Shown piece by piece: positions 16,663 through 25,903 of a stretch of 64,000 nucleotides of DNA. The notes below the pieces were generated by a model that saw only the letters and a list, made by a program, of their open reading frames with translations, was not told the DNA's origin and did not search any database. A program made the translations under genes and the position numbers. The stretch is from Actinomycetes bacterium (GTDB taxonomy: Bacteria > Actinomycetota > Actinomycetes > Propionibacteriales > Propionibacteriaceae), in the NCBI GenBank assembly GCA_023392635.1, contig JAEVYS010000108.1, positions 5,871 to 69,870 on the forward strand, given 5' to 3'. The first letter of the stretch is position 1; every line of letters starts with the position of its first letter.

Positions 16663-18846
16663 TTGCCGACCGACGTATTCGCCCTGCCGGACCGGCTGGC
16701 GGCGAAAGCCGACCCGTCCCTGATCGGGCGCGATCGCGCCCACTTCGCAGCCGTCGCCGAGCAGCTGCGCCTGCGCCTGGTCGGCCTCGCCCAGCAGTTG
16801 GCGCTGTTGCGCAGCTCACCCGGGGGCAGGGGGCGTGGCGCGGTCGACCGGGACATGGAGATCCACCGGCTCACCGGCCAGCTGCGGATGCTCCAGCGCT
16901 ACGGACTGGACGTCTGCCTGGGGCGGATGGTGCGAGCCGGTGATCCGGAGCCGGTCTACCTCGGCCGGATCGGGCTCACCGACGGCGCGGACGGCCAGCT
17001 GCTGCTGGACTGGCGCACGCCCGCCGCCGAGCCGTTCTTCGCAGCGACGCCGGCCGAACCGATGGGCCTGGTGAGCCGACGGCGCTACCGCTGGGGCGAC
17101 GGCCGCATCCGTGACTACTGGGACGAAGTCCTCGCCCCCGGCCCGATCCCCCACGACGTCGCCCTGGATGATGACTCGGCGTTCCTCGCGAGCCTCGGTG
17201 CCAGCCGCTCGCCGCGGATGCGGGACGTCCTCAGCACGATCCAGGCCGAGCAGGACGCGATCATCCGCGCCGGCTCGCGAGGTGCCCTCGTCGTCGATGG
17301 CGGACCGGGAACGGGCAAGACGGTCGTCGCCCTCCACCGCGCCGCCTACCTGCTCTACGCCGACCCCCGCCTCAGCGGGCAGCGGGGCGGCGTCCTCGTG
17401 GTCGGACCCCACCAGCCCTTCCTGAGCTACATCTCCGACGTGCTGCCCGGACTCGGCGAGGAGGGGGTGCAGGCCTGCACGCTGCGCGACCTTCTCCCCG
17501 AAGGGACTGCCGCCGTCCCCGAGACCGATCCGGAGGTCTCCCGGCTCAAGTCCTCCGCCGCGATGGTGGGGGCGATCGAGCCGGCCGTGGCGCTCTACGA
17601 GGAACCCCCCGCGACGGGTCTTGCCGTCGAGACCGACTGGTCCGACTTCTGGCTGACCCCCACCGACTGGGCCGAGGCCTTCGACGCTCCCGACCCGGGC
17701 ACGCCGCACAACGAGGCGAGGGACGTGGTCTGGGAAGCCCTCCTCGACATCGTCGTCGACAAGTTCGACGACGAGGAGGTGGAGGAAGAGCTCGTCCGCA
17801 GCTCGCTGCTACGCAACGACGAGCTCAAGGACACCTTCCGTCGGGCCTGGCCCATCCTCGACCCGGACGAGCTCGTGGGTGACCTGTGGTCGGTCCCCGC
17901 CTACCTGCGACGCTGCGCACCCTGGCTCACCCGTGAGCAGGTACTGCGGCTGCAACGGGCCGAGCCCACGGCATGGACCGTGGCCGACCTGCCGTTGCTC
18001 GACGCCGCCCGGCAGCGGATCGGCGACCCGCGCGCCTCCGTGCGCCGGCGACGCCTGGAGGCCGAGCGCGCCGCCCAGCGCGAGTACATGGACCCGATCG
18101 TCGACTACCTGCTCGCCACCGACGACGACCCGGAGAGCACGCTGATCATGCTGCGTGGGGACGACCTGCGGCGCAGCCTCCTCGACGACGACGCGGTGCC
18201 CGGCACGGACCCGGACGTGCTCGCCGGGCCGTTCGCCCACGTGATCGTGGACGAGGCACAGGAGCTCACCGATGCGGAATGGCAACTCCTGGTGCGACGC
18301 TGCCCGTCGCGCAGCTTCACGATCGTGGGCGACCGCGCCCAGGCCAGGCACGGCTTCGCGGCCACCTGGCGCGAGCGACTCGAGCCGCTCGGCTTCCGCG
18401 AGGTGCGGGTCGCGACGCTGGACGTCAACTACCGGACGCCCGCGGAGGTGATGGCCGAGGCCGAACCGGTGATCCGTGCCGAGCTGCCGGACGCGAACGT
18501 GCCGATCTCGATCCGCAGGAACGGGCTGCCGGTCGTCCACGGGTCGGCCTCCGGTCTTCACGCCTGCGTGGACGAATGGCTCGCCGGGAATCCCGAGGGC
18601 ACGGCCTGCGTCATCGGCGCGCCGGAGTTCGCGGGAACCGAGCGGGTGCGCTCGTTGACCCCCGAGACGGTGAAGGGCCTCGAGTTCGACCTGGTCGTGT
18701 TGGTGAACCCGGAGTCGTTCCCCGACGGCATCGAGGGCGCTGTCGACCGCTACGTGTCGATGACGCGGACGACCCGCCGGCTCGTCGTGCTCAGCGACCC
18801 CGAAGGGGGCGAGACGCCCCGCCGTGAGTCGATTCCCGGCCCCTAG
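16663..18846 (+). CDS. helR: RNA polymerase recycling motor ATPase HelR (HelD family, rifamycin target protection)
   Basis: N-terminus VFALPDRLAAKADPSLI; GGPGTGKT, DEAQE, GDRAQ, NYRTP, KGLEFD and YVSMTR motifs; upstream RAE; GGAGGAG RBS. Confidence 0.9.
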   Translation: MPTDVFALPDRLAAKADPSLIGRDRAHFAAVAEQLRLRLVGLAQQLALLRSSPGGRGRGAVDRDMEIHRLTGQLRMLQRYGLDVCLGRMVRAGDPEPVYLGRIGLTDGADGQLLLDWRTPAAEPFFAATPAEPMGLVSRRRYRWGDGRIRDYWDEVLAPGPIPHDVALDDDSAFLASLGASRSPRMRDVLSTIQAEQDAIIRAGSRGALVVDGGPGTGKTVVALHRAAYLLYADPRLSGQRGGVLVVGPHQPFLSYISDVLPGLGEEGVQACTLRDLLPEGTAAVPETDPEVSRLKSSAAMVGAIEPAVALYEEPPATGLAVETDWSDFWLTPTDWAEAFDAPDPGTPHNEARDVVWEALLDIVVDKFDDEEVEEELVRSSLLRNDELKDTFRRAWPILDPDELVGDLWSVPAYLRRCAPWLTREQVLRLQRAEPTAWTVADLPLLDAARQRIGDPRASVRRRRLEAERAAQREYMDPIVDYLLATDDDPESTLIMLRGDDLRRSLLDDDAVPGTDPDVLAGPFAHVIVDEAQELTDAEWQLLVRRCPSRSFTIVGDRAQARHGFAATWRERLEPLGFREVRVATLDVNYRTPAEVMAEAEPVIRAELPDANVPISIRRNGLPVVHGSASGLHACVDEWLAGNPEGTACVIGAPEFAGTERVRSLTPETVKGLEFDLVVLVNPESFPDGIEGAVDRYVSMTRTTRRLVVLSDPEGGETPRRESIPGP

Positions 18847-18883
18847 ACTCCACAGCGCCGAGACCAGCCGACCGGGAGCAGCC

Positions 18884-20092
18884 ATGACCTACGACGTGAG
18901 TGAACTGCGCGGGCGCTTCCCCTCACTGGCGTCCGGTATCGCGCACTTCGACGGGCCCGGTGGCACCCAGACGCCGCGCGAGGTGGCCGACGCGATGGCG
19001 GCAACGCTCACCGCGCCGCTGTCGAACCGCGGCACCGTCGGGCTTCCGGAACGGAACGCCGACGCCGCCGTCGCCGCCTTCCGCTCCGCGTACTCCGACC
19101 TCCTCGGGGTGGCCGCGGATGGCATCGTCCACGGCCGCAGCGCCACCCAGCTGACCTACGACTTCTCGCGGGCGCTGTCCCGGGAGTGGCGGGCGGACGA
19201 TGAAGTGGTGGTCAGCCGGCTCGACCACGACGCGAACGTACGGCCCTGGGTGCAGGCGGCCGCGCGCGTCGGGGCCACCGTCCGCTGGATCGACTTCGAC
19301 CCGGCGACCGGCGAGGTCGACGGTGCCAGCGTGGAGGCCGCACTCACCCCGCGGACGCGACTGGTCGCGATCACGGGCGCCTGCAACCTGATCGGCACCC
19401 GCCCGCCCGTGGCGCGCATCGCTGCGGCGGCGCACGCCGTGGGTGCGCTGGTCTGGGTCGACGGAGTGCACTACGCGGCGCACCAGTTCGTCGACGTCGC
19501 CGCGCTGGGTGCCGACTTCTTCGTGTGCTCCCCGTACAAGTTCCTCGGCCCGCACTGCGCGGTCCTCGCCGCGGAGCCGGAACTGCTCGAGGGCGTCCGG
19601 CCGGACAAGCTGCTCCCCTCGACCGACGCCGTCCCCGAGCGCTTCGAGCTCGGCACGTTGCCGTACGAAGTGCTTGCCGGCGCCACCGCGGCGGTCGACG
19701 TCCTTGCTTCCCTCAGCCCGGGGGGCGCCCTCACCAGGCGCGAACGGCTCCGCGCGTCCTTCCACGCCGTCGACGCCCACGAATCGGCGTTGCGTGCGAC
19801 GCTCGAGGACGGCCTCGCAGCGCTCGGGGCGGGCCGCGTCGTGTTGCACTCGCTCGCCGCGGAGCGCACGCCGACGCTGCTGCTGACCTTTCCGGGGCGC
19901 CGGAGCGTGGACGCGTACCGGTTCCTGGCCGCTCGGGACGTGCTGGCGCCGGCCGGGTCCTTCTACGCCTACGAGCCGTTCCGCCGGCTCGGTCTTGCCG
20001 ACGAGACCGCCCTGCGGCTCGGGCTGGCCCCCTACAGCACCGGCGAGGACGTGCAACGCGTCCTCGCCGGGCTGGAGGCCTTCCTGGGCTGA
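18884..20092 (+). CDS. Cysteine desulfurase-like PLP protein (aminotransferase class V)
   Basis: FDGPGGTQ, LDHDANVRPW, DGVHY, CSPYKF (PLP Lys) and RFELGT motifs. Confidence 0.88.
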   Translation: MTYDVSELRGRFPSLASGIAHFDGPGGTQTPREVADAMAATLTAPLSNRGTVGLPERNADAAVAAFRSAYSDLLGVAADGIVHGRSATQLTYDFSRALSREWRADDEVVVSRLDHDANVRPWVQAAARVGATVRWIDFDPATGEVDGASVEAALTPRTRLVAITGACNLIGTRPPVARIAAAAHAVGALVWVDGVHYAAHQFVDVAALGADFFVCSPYKFLGPHCAVLAAEPELLEGVRPDKLLPSTDAVPERFELGTLPYEVLAGATAAVDVLASLSPGGALTRRERLRASFHAVDAHESALRATLEDGLAALGAGRVVLHSLAAERTPTLLLTFPGRRSVDAYRFLAARDVLAPAGSFYAYEPFRRLGLADETALRLGLAPYSTGEDVQRVLAGLEAFLG

Positions 20093-20132
20093 CGAAGCCG
20101 GGGGGACGTCCGCCCGGATCAGGTCGCAGCGA

Positions 20133-20567
20133 TCAGGTGCGCCCGCCCCACACGGCGGTGGCTCCGCTGTGCCCGGTCAGCGCCACGAGGACGAGCCCCG
20201 CCACCGCCGCCACGGCGGTGAGACCCGCAGCGACCCACCAGCCGGGGCCCGAACGCCGGTGCAGGAGCAGGGCAGCCGGCAGGAACAGGGCGAGGGCGAC
20301 CGTGGGGTACGGCATCAGTTCCCCGTAGGACTCGTGGGTGGCCACGAGGCGGCCGACACCCAGGCTCGCCAGCAGCGCCTCGCCGGAGAACTTGGCCAGG
20401 ATCGCGGCGCCCGCTGCGGCGACGGCGAACCAGACGGTGAGCCACCCGTACCTCTCCCGGAGCCTCGCGGACACGATGACCGCGAGTGCGCCGAGTGCCG
20501 AGAGCGGCACGAGGACCACCGCTGCGTGCACGACCAGCGGGTGGATGGGTAGCCCGAAGACCTCCAC
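20133..20567 (-). CDS. DUF2231-like membrane protein with conserved histidines
   Basis: GLPIHPLVVHAAVV, a central His (ATHES), and TGHSGATAVW; starts 2 nt after the lipoprotein stop. Confidence 0.75.
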   Translation of the reverse strand: MEVFGLPIHPLVVHAAVVLVPLSALGALAVIVSARLRERYGWLTVWFAVAAAGAAILAKFSGEALLASLGVGRLVATHESYGELMPYPTVALALFLPAALLLHRRSGPGWWVAAGLTAVAAVAGLVLVALTGHSGATAVWGGRT

Positions 20568-20569
20568 GG

Positions 20570-21106
20570 CTACTTCTTCACCGGGTTGCCGTCTTTGTCG
20601 AGCACGAACCAGACGCCGCTGACGTTCTGACCCGAGACGTCCCCGGCCTTCGTGTCGCCCTTCCAGTAGTACAGCGGCCAGCCGTTGTAGCTCGCCTGCA
20701 TGCTGCCGTCGGGCAGCGCGAACGAGCCGAGCTTGGAGTCGTCCACGCCCGCGCCCATCGTCGGCTTGCCGTAGAGCGGCGGCCAGGCGACCAGGCACTG
20801 GCCGCTGCAGGCGCTCTTGTTGCTCCCCTGGGTGTCCTTGGTGAACATGTAGAGGGTCATGCCCTTCCCGTCCACCAGGATCTGCCCGAGGCTGCTGTCG
20901 GCCATCTTCAGTGCCAGTGTCGCGGGGTCGGCCGGGGAGGGCGCCGGTGCGCTCGACGCCGGTGCGCTCGACGCCGGCGCGGAGCCCGCCGCGGTGCTGG
21001 CCGGTGCGCTGGCGGGGGTGGCCGGGGTCGAGGTGCAGGCGCTCAGGAGCGCGAGGGCCAGTGCGGGGCCCGCCGTCGCCAGCGCGATCCGGGATCGTGC
21101 GAACAT
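20570..21106 (-). CDS. Secreted-repeat lipoprotein (COG4315/Lipoprotein_15 type)
   Basis: Lipobox LLSAC; Ala/Pro/Ser linker; GMTLYMFTKD...CSGQC..WPP and YNGWPLYYW.GD repeats; GAGGAGG RBS. Confidence 0.85.
   Translation of the reverse strand: MFARSRIALATAGPALALALLSACTSTPATPASAPASTAAGSAPASSAPASSAPAPSPADPATLALKMADSSLGQILVDGKGMTLYMFTKDTQGSNKSACSGQCLVAWPPLYGKPTMGAGVDDSKLGSFALPDGSMQASYNGWPLYYWKGDTKAGDVSGQNVSGVWFVLDKDGNPVKK
20943..20977. repeat. 15-bp tandem repeat (about 2.3 copies) encoding the ASSAP linker
   Basis: GCCGGTGCGCTCGAC twice, then GCCGG. Confidence 0.8.
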
Positions 21107-21143
21107 GGGTTCCTCCTCATTCGTAGGGTGGTCCTGACTGGTG

Positions 21144-21170
21144 ATACGGCTCAGCTTCGGATCCGGATTG
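21144..21170 (-). promoter_or_regulatory. SigK-like ECF promoter driving the lipoprotein-DUF2231 operon
   Basis: CAATCC-N15-CCGTAT on the minus strand. Confidence 0.7.
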
Positions 21171-21195
21171 CGCCGGCCCCACTTTCGTCGCGGCG

Positions 21196-21222
21196 CAATC
21201 CGCGGGGCGTCCTCGCCCGTAT
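21196..21222 (+). promoter_or_regulatory. SigK-like ECF autoregulatory promoter
   Basis: CAATCC-N15-CCGTAT on the plus strand, 8 nt before GTG 21231. Confidence 0.7.
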
Positions 21223-21230
21223 CCGACGAT

Positions 21231-21803
21231 GTGAGCGTCTTCTCCCTGACCGACCGCGCCTCGGACGCCGCGCTCATCAGTGCCCTTGCCCTGAACGACG
21301 ACGCGGCGGCGGTGGCGTTCGTCCGCCGGTTCCAGGGCCCGGTGTTCGGTCTCGCCGTCTCCATCACCCACGACCGGGCACTGGCGGAGGACATCGCGCA
21401 GGAGGCGTTCCTGCGTGCCTGGCGCGCGGCAGCGAGCTTCGACCCTCGCCGCGGCTCGGTGATCGCCTGGCTGCTGACGATCACCCGCAACCTCGCGATC
21501 GACGCGATCCGGGCGCGCCGCTCGACGCCGGTCGAGGCCGGTGAACTGGAACTCCTGGTCACCACCGCACTCGCCGGTGGGGCTCCCGACGGGACCGGTG
21601 GGCGCGTGGAGGCGCTGGTCGCCGCCCAGCGCCTGGCCGCGCTGCCCCCGGAGCAGGCGCGCGCCGTGGTGCTGTCGGTGATCGCCGGACTGACCATGGC
21701 GGAGGTGGCCGAGTACGAGAACATCCCGCTCGGCACGGCGAAGACGAGGATCCGTACCGGCCTGCGCCGGATGCGGGTCACGGTGGAGGCGGAACATGAC
21801 TGA
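21231..21803 (+). CDS. ECF sigma factor, SigK-like
   Basis: LAEDIAQEAFLRAWR, FDPRRGSV.AWLL.I.RN.AID and IPLGTAKTRIR motifs. Confidence 0.85.
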   Translation: MSVFSLTDRASDAALISALALNDDAAAVAFVRRFQGPVFGLAVSITHDRALAEDIAQEAFLRAWRAAASFDPRRGSVIAWLLTITRNLAIDAIRARRSTPVEAGELELLVTTALAGGAPDGTGGRVEALVAAQRLAALPPEQARAVVLSVIAGLTMAEVAEYENIPLGTAKTRIRTGLRRMRVTVEAEHD

Positions 21804-22476
21804 CCCACATCCCGACAACGACCGGCTGCTCGCCCTCGCGCTGGAGGAGGTGCCCCCGGCCGAGCAGGACCTGCTCACCGCGCACCTGGCGCTCTGCCCG
21901 GCGTGCCGCGACGAGTACGCGGCGCTGTCCGACGGCGTCCAGGCGGCGCTGGCCGCCACCCCGTCGGTCGCCCCGCCGGCCGGGTTCTCCGGTCGCGTGC
22001 TCACGGCGATGTCCGCGACGGCTCCCGCGATCGCGCTGGAGTCCCGTCGCCCCCGCCGGCCGACGGTGCTCCTGGTCGCCGCCGCCGTGCTCGTCGGCCT
22101 CCTCGCGGGTGTGGGCGCGACCCTGGCCACCACCTCGCTGCTCAACCGCCCCTCCAGCGCCATCCACCAGGTTCCGGTGGCTGCACAACTGGTCACCGAC
22201 AAGGGCGAGACGGTCGGCTCGGTGGGCGTTGCCGCGCTCAACGGGCGCAGCTACCTGTTGCTCAACGTCACCACCGGGCGACCCGGCGCGAGCTACGAGT
22301 GCATCCTGGTGGGCAAGGACGGGACCCGCACCAGCGGCGGCTCGTGGTCACTCAGCGACGAGTACGGCACCGGCGACGCCTCCGGCTCGTGGCTCGTGCC
22401 GCTCGCCGGGGAGCAGCCGGCCGCCGTCGAGCTGGTGGCCCCGTCGGGCACGGTGTGGTCCCAGGCGAGGTTCTGA
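21796..22476 (+). CDS. Membrane anti-sigma factor with zf-HC2 domain (RskA-like)
   Basis: HLALCPAC motif, one TM helix and an extracytoplasmic domain; overlaps the sigma gene's stop. Confidence 0.82.
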   Translation: MTDPHPDNDRLLALALEEVPPAEQDLLTAHLALCPACRDEYAALSDGVQAALAATPSVAPPAGFSGRVLTAMSATAPAIALESRRPRRPTVLLVAAAVLVGLLAGVGATLATTSLLNRPSSAIHQVPVAAQLVTDKGETVGSVGVAALNGRSYLLLNVTTGRPGASYECILVGKDGTRTSGGSWSLSDEYGTGDASGSWLVPLAGEQPAAVELVAPSGTVWSQARF

Positions 22477-22522
22477 GCGCCCGCTCTCACCGGGTGTCCG
22501 GCCGGGCCACCATACTGGCGCC

Positions 22523-22855
22523 ATGGCTTACGACGAGGAGCTGGCCGGTCGCCTTCGTGCGGCCCTGTCGTTCATCGAAGGCGTGACCGAGAAGCGCATG
22601 TTCGGCGGGCTCGGCTTCATGGTCGACGGCAACATGGTGGCCGCGGCCAGCAGCGACGGCGGGATGATGCTGCGTGTCGATCCCGCCCGGGGTGCCGACC
22701 TGGTGGACGGGAACGCCGTGCGCCACGTCCGCATGCACGGACGCGACATGGCGGGGTGGCTCTCCCTCGACCCGACCGTGGTCGGCGACGAGCAGGAACT
22801 GTCCGCCTGGCTCCGGCACGGGCTGTCCTACGTCGCCACGTTGCCGGCGAAGTAG
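22523..22855 (+). CDS. TfoX/Sxy N-terminal domain protein
   Basis: MAYDEELA.R and EKRMFGGLGFMVDGNM motifs; CATACT -10 lies 6 nt upstream. Confidence 0.85.
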   Translation: MAYDEELAGRLRAALSFIEGVTEKRMFGGLGFMVDGNMVAAASSDGGMMLRVDPARGADLVDGNAVRHVRMHGRDMAGWLSLDPTVVGDEQELSAWLRHGLSYVATLPAK

Positions 22856-22856
22856 C

Positions 22857-23324
22857 TCAGCCGGCGTTCGCCAGGAACTCGCGCAGCGACTCGACGACGA
22901 ACGCGTGGTCGTCGAACTGCGGAAGGCCCGAGACGCCCACCGCCCCGATCACGGCGCCCCCTCTCAGGCGCAGGGGCACGACACCGCCGTGGGCGGCGTA
23001 GCGGGAAGGGTCCAGGCGACCGTCGGAGTCGAAGTCCCCGCCGCCCGCGCGGAAGTCCTCGCCCACGGCGAGCGAGGCCCGGCCGTAGCGCAGGGCCACC
23101 CGCGTCTTGCGCGCGAGCCAGTCGTCGTTGTCGGCACTGGAGCCGGGCAGCGCGGTGTGGAAGACGCGCTGCTGGCCCAGCACGATGCCGATCGCCACCG
23201 GCAGGCCTCGTTCCGCCGCCACCTCGCGCATGCGGGCGCCGAGGCGCCATGCGTCCTCGAGGGTGAAGTCGGCGAACCGCAGTTCCGCCTCCTCACGGGC
23301 CAGTTCATCGCCCAGTTCGGACAT
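22857..23324 (-). CDS. UPF0303 / heme-degrading (GlcG/HbpS-like) domain protein
   Basis: AWRLG, GSSADNDDWLARK, YAAHGG and VSGLPQFDDH motifs; GAAGGAG RBS. Confidence 0.85.
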   Translation of the reverse strand: MSELGDELAREEAELRFADFTLEDAWRLGARMREVAAERGLPVAIGIVLGQQRVFHTALPGSSADNDDWLARKTRVALRYGRASLAVGEDFRAGGGDFDSDGRLDPSRYAAHGGVVPLRLRGGAVIGAVGVSGLPQFDDHAFVVESLREFLANAG

Positions 23325-23423
23325 GGCATCCTCCTTCTCGCACCGACGCTCAGACGCTAGCCAATCCGGCCGGAGCCCGCACGCGGACCGGCCGTGACGT
23401 TCGGGCGGTGGAACACTGGGGGC

Positions 23424-23912
23424 ATGCGCGTTCATCTCGGTTCCGACCATGCCGGCTTCGAACTCAAGGCCCGGCTCAACGCCTGGCTCGATGCGCACGG
23501 GCACGATGTGGTCGACCACGGCGCCGCCACCTATGACGGCGAGGACGACTACCCGGTGTTCTGCCTTCGGGCAGCGGAGGCGGTGGTGGCCGACCGGGCC
23601 GCGGGTGCGGAGGCGCTCGGAGTCGTCATCGGGGGGTCGGGGAACGGCGAACAGATCTCGGCCAACAAGGTGGACGGCGTGCGCTGCGCGCTGGCGTGGT
23701 CGGAGGAGACCGCCCGGCTCGCGCGCCAGCACAACGACGCCAACCTCGTCTCGATCGGGGCCCGCCTGCACCCCGTGGAGGAAGCGCTCAGGTTCGTGGA
23801 GGTCTTCCTCTCGACGCCGTTCAGCGGCGACCCACGTCACCAACGCCGCATCGACATGCTGGCCGACTACGAGCGGACGGACGCGCTCCCACCGGTTCCG
23901 CCCGCCTCCTAG
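23424..23912 (+). CDS. rpiB: Ribose-5-phosphate isomerase B
   Basis: GSDHAGFELK, DDYP, GGSGNGE, ARQHNDAN and RHQRRI motifs. Confidence 0.93.
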   Translation: MRVHLGSDHAGFELKARLNAWLDAHGHDVVDHGAATYDGEDDYPVFCLRAAEAVVADRAAGAEALGVVIGGSGNGEQISANKVDGVRCALAWSEETARLARQHNDANLVSIGARLHPVEEALRFVEVFLSTPFSGDPRHQRRIDMLADYERTDALPPVPPAS

Positions 23913-23921
23913 CCGGGCCGA

Positions 23922-24431
23922 TCAGTCCGTTCCGATCTCCTGGGCCCGGGCCCTGCGGTAGCTGGTGCCGTCGGGTGAGCGGTGCAGCAGGCCCGCATCC
24001 ACCAGGTAACGGCGCAGCGTGGCCACGTCGTCGGTGAACGCGCGCAGGCGGGCGCCCAGCTCCTTCTCCGACAGTTCCTCCTCCGCGTCCAGAGACCGCG
24101 ACACGACGAGCGTGAGCAGTTCAAGCCGGTCGTCCCGGCGCGACGGGTAGTCACGGATCCTGCCGCTGCGGGACAGGAACCGCTCCACGCCCGACACCGG
24201 CGCGGGCGCTGCCTGCCTCAGGGTCGCGCGCAGGCGTCCGGTGGACACCACCACGCGCCCCGCCGGACCCTCCTCGAGCAGGCCCGCTGCGATCAGCTTC
24301 GCGAGGGCCCGCGCGTGCGCCTCCCCCGACGGTGCGTCACCGCTGGCAGCCTCCGCGAACACCGCACGGGTGTCGGCGTTGGCGAGGAGGGCGAGTACAG
24401 CTCGGCAGTCGAGAGGCTCCGAAGCGGCCAT
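23922..24431 (-). CDS. DUF2087 domain protein
   Basis: C-terminal DDVATLRRYLVDAGLL.R..DG..Y; TATGGT -10 lies 6 nt before ATG 24431. Confidence 0.8.
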   Translation of the reverse strand: MAASEPLDCRAVLALLANADTRAVFAEAASGDAPSGEAHARALAKLIAAGLLEEGPAGRVVVSTGRLRATLRQAAPAPVSGVERFLSRSGRIRDYPSRRDDRLELLTLVVSRSLDAEEELSEKELGARLRAFTDDVATLRRYLVDAGLLHRSPDGTSYRRARAQEIGTD

Positions 24432-24598
24432 GGCGAGACCATAACGCGGGCTCACGCCCATCGCCGGCGATCCTTCCCGCGCGCCTCGCGGCGAGGCGCA
24501 GTCTTGCCCATACCGCCTGTTCAGGAGCATCCCCGACGATGTTGCTCGATAGGGATCGCCGCCCCTTGATCGCCCACGCCACACCGTTCGGAGGCATC

Positions 24599-25696
24599 AT
24601 GAGGGTTGCTCGAATCACCATCGCGATCGCAGCGATCACCGCTGCGTCCAGCCTGGTCGCGGCAGCCACGCCGGCCCAGGCGCACAACCCGAAACCCGAT
24701 CCCTCGACCACGGTGGTCACCACCTCGGTCGCCGTACCGTTCAACCTCGACGTGAGCCGCGGCAGGATCCTGGTCGCGGACGGCGGCCTCAACCAGGTCG
24801 CCAAGGTGAAGGCGGACGGGAGCGTCGTGCCGGTCGTCACCGGCGCAGAGGGAACCTCCGGGGTCGCCACCTCCCGGAACAGCAAGTACCTGGCCTACAC
24901 CACCACCGTCGGTGGTCCCCCGGCGGGCATCTCCGCGAGCGGGGTCACGATCCTGGGGCCGGGCGGTTCCACGGTCACCGCGGACACGCTCGCGTACGAG
25001 AAGGCACACAATCCCGACGGGAAGATCCACTACGGCGTCACCAACCCCAGCAAGTGCGTCACCGACGCGCTGGCCGCGGCACAGTTCCCGGTGGACTACA
25101 TGGGCGCGATCGACTCGCACGCCTACTCTCTGGCCGCGTGGGGCGACGGGTTCGTCCTGGCCGACGCCGGCGCCAACGCACTCCTCTACATCAGCCGGTC
25201 GGGCCGGATCTCGACACTCGCCGTCCTGCCCGCCCAGCCGTCCACGATCACCCCTGCCGCGGCCGCCGAGCTCGGGCTCGACCCCTGCGTGGGCGGCGTC
25301 TCCTACGCGTTCGAGGCCGTGCCCACCGATGTGGAGGTCGGTCGTGACGGCTTCCTGTACGTCACCGTCCTTCCCGGTGGCCCCGAGAGCGCGGCACTCG
25401 GTGCCCGGGGCAAGGTGTACCGGGTGAACCCGTGGAACGGGCGCCTCCGTGAGGTGGCCTCCGGACTGCTCGGCGCGACGAACCTGGCCCTGTCCGAGGG
25501 CAGGATCTACGTCGCCGAGTTCTTCGCCGGGAGGGTGGCGCTCGTACGGCACGGCAAGGTCCGCGAGTTCCTGTCGCTGCCGGGGGTCGTCTCGATCGAG
25601 GCCGGGCCGCACGGCTCGCTGTACGCGGGCACCGGCCTATCCGGGCCGCCGTCGGTGGTGCGGATCGACACCCACTCCAGAGGCTGGCGATCCTGA
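24599..25696 (+). CDS. Secreted ScyD/ScyE-family beta-propeller protein
   Basis: Signal peptide ending AQA; ADAGANAL, EAVPTDVEVGRDG.LYV and LPGGPE motifs; GGAGG RBS. Confidence 0.8.
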   Translation: MRVARITIAIAAITAASSLVAAATPAQAHNPKPDPSTTVVTTSVAVPFNLDVSRGRILVADGGLNQVAKVKADGSVVPVVTGAEGTSGVATSRNSKYLAYTTTVGGPPAGISASGVTILGPGGSTVTADTLAYEKAHNPDGKIHYGVTNPSKCVTDALAAAQFPVDYMGAIDSHAYSLAAWGDGFVLADAGANALLYISRSGRISTLAVLPAQPSTITPAAAAELGLDPCVGGVSYAFEAVPTDVEVGRDGFLYVTVLPGGPESAALGARGKVYRVNPWNGRLREVASGLLGATNLALSEGRIYVAEFFAGRVALVRHGKVREFLSLPGVVSIEAGPHGSLYAGTGLSGPPSVVRIDTHSRGWRS

Positions 25697-25754
25697 CGCG
25701 GAACTGCTGACAGGTCGCCCCGGCGACCCCGGGCCGACGGGCCCGCCCAGAAGC

Positions 25755-25792
25755 CAGCCCGGTGGGAGGTGCGGCGACCTCCCGCCGGGCTG
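25755..25792 (+). terminator. Strong hairpin downstream of the ScyD/E gene
   Basis: CAGCCCGGTGGGAGGT-N6-ACCTCCCGCCGGGCTG. Confidence 0.6.
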
Positions 25793-25903
25793 CTCGTCGT
25801 CCGCCCCCGGGCGCCCGCGGCACACGCTGAGGCTCGCGCGCGGCCGTGGCCGCCGCACCTTCCCCACTCGGCCGATTCCGCCCCGGTGTGGTGAGATAAC
25901 CCC

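Noticed and set aside
24599..25696. Scytonemin biosynthesis
   Set aside because: The ScyD/E-like gene is solitary, with no scyABC; such secreted propellers are common in actinobacteria.
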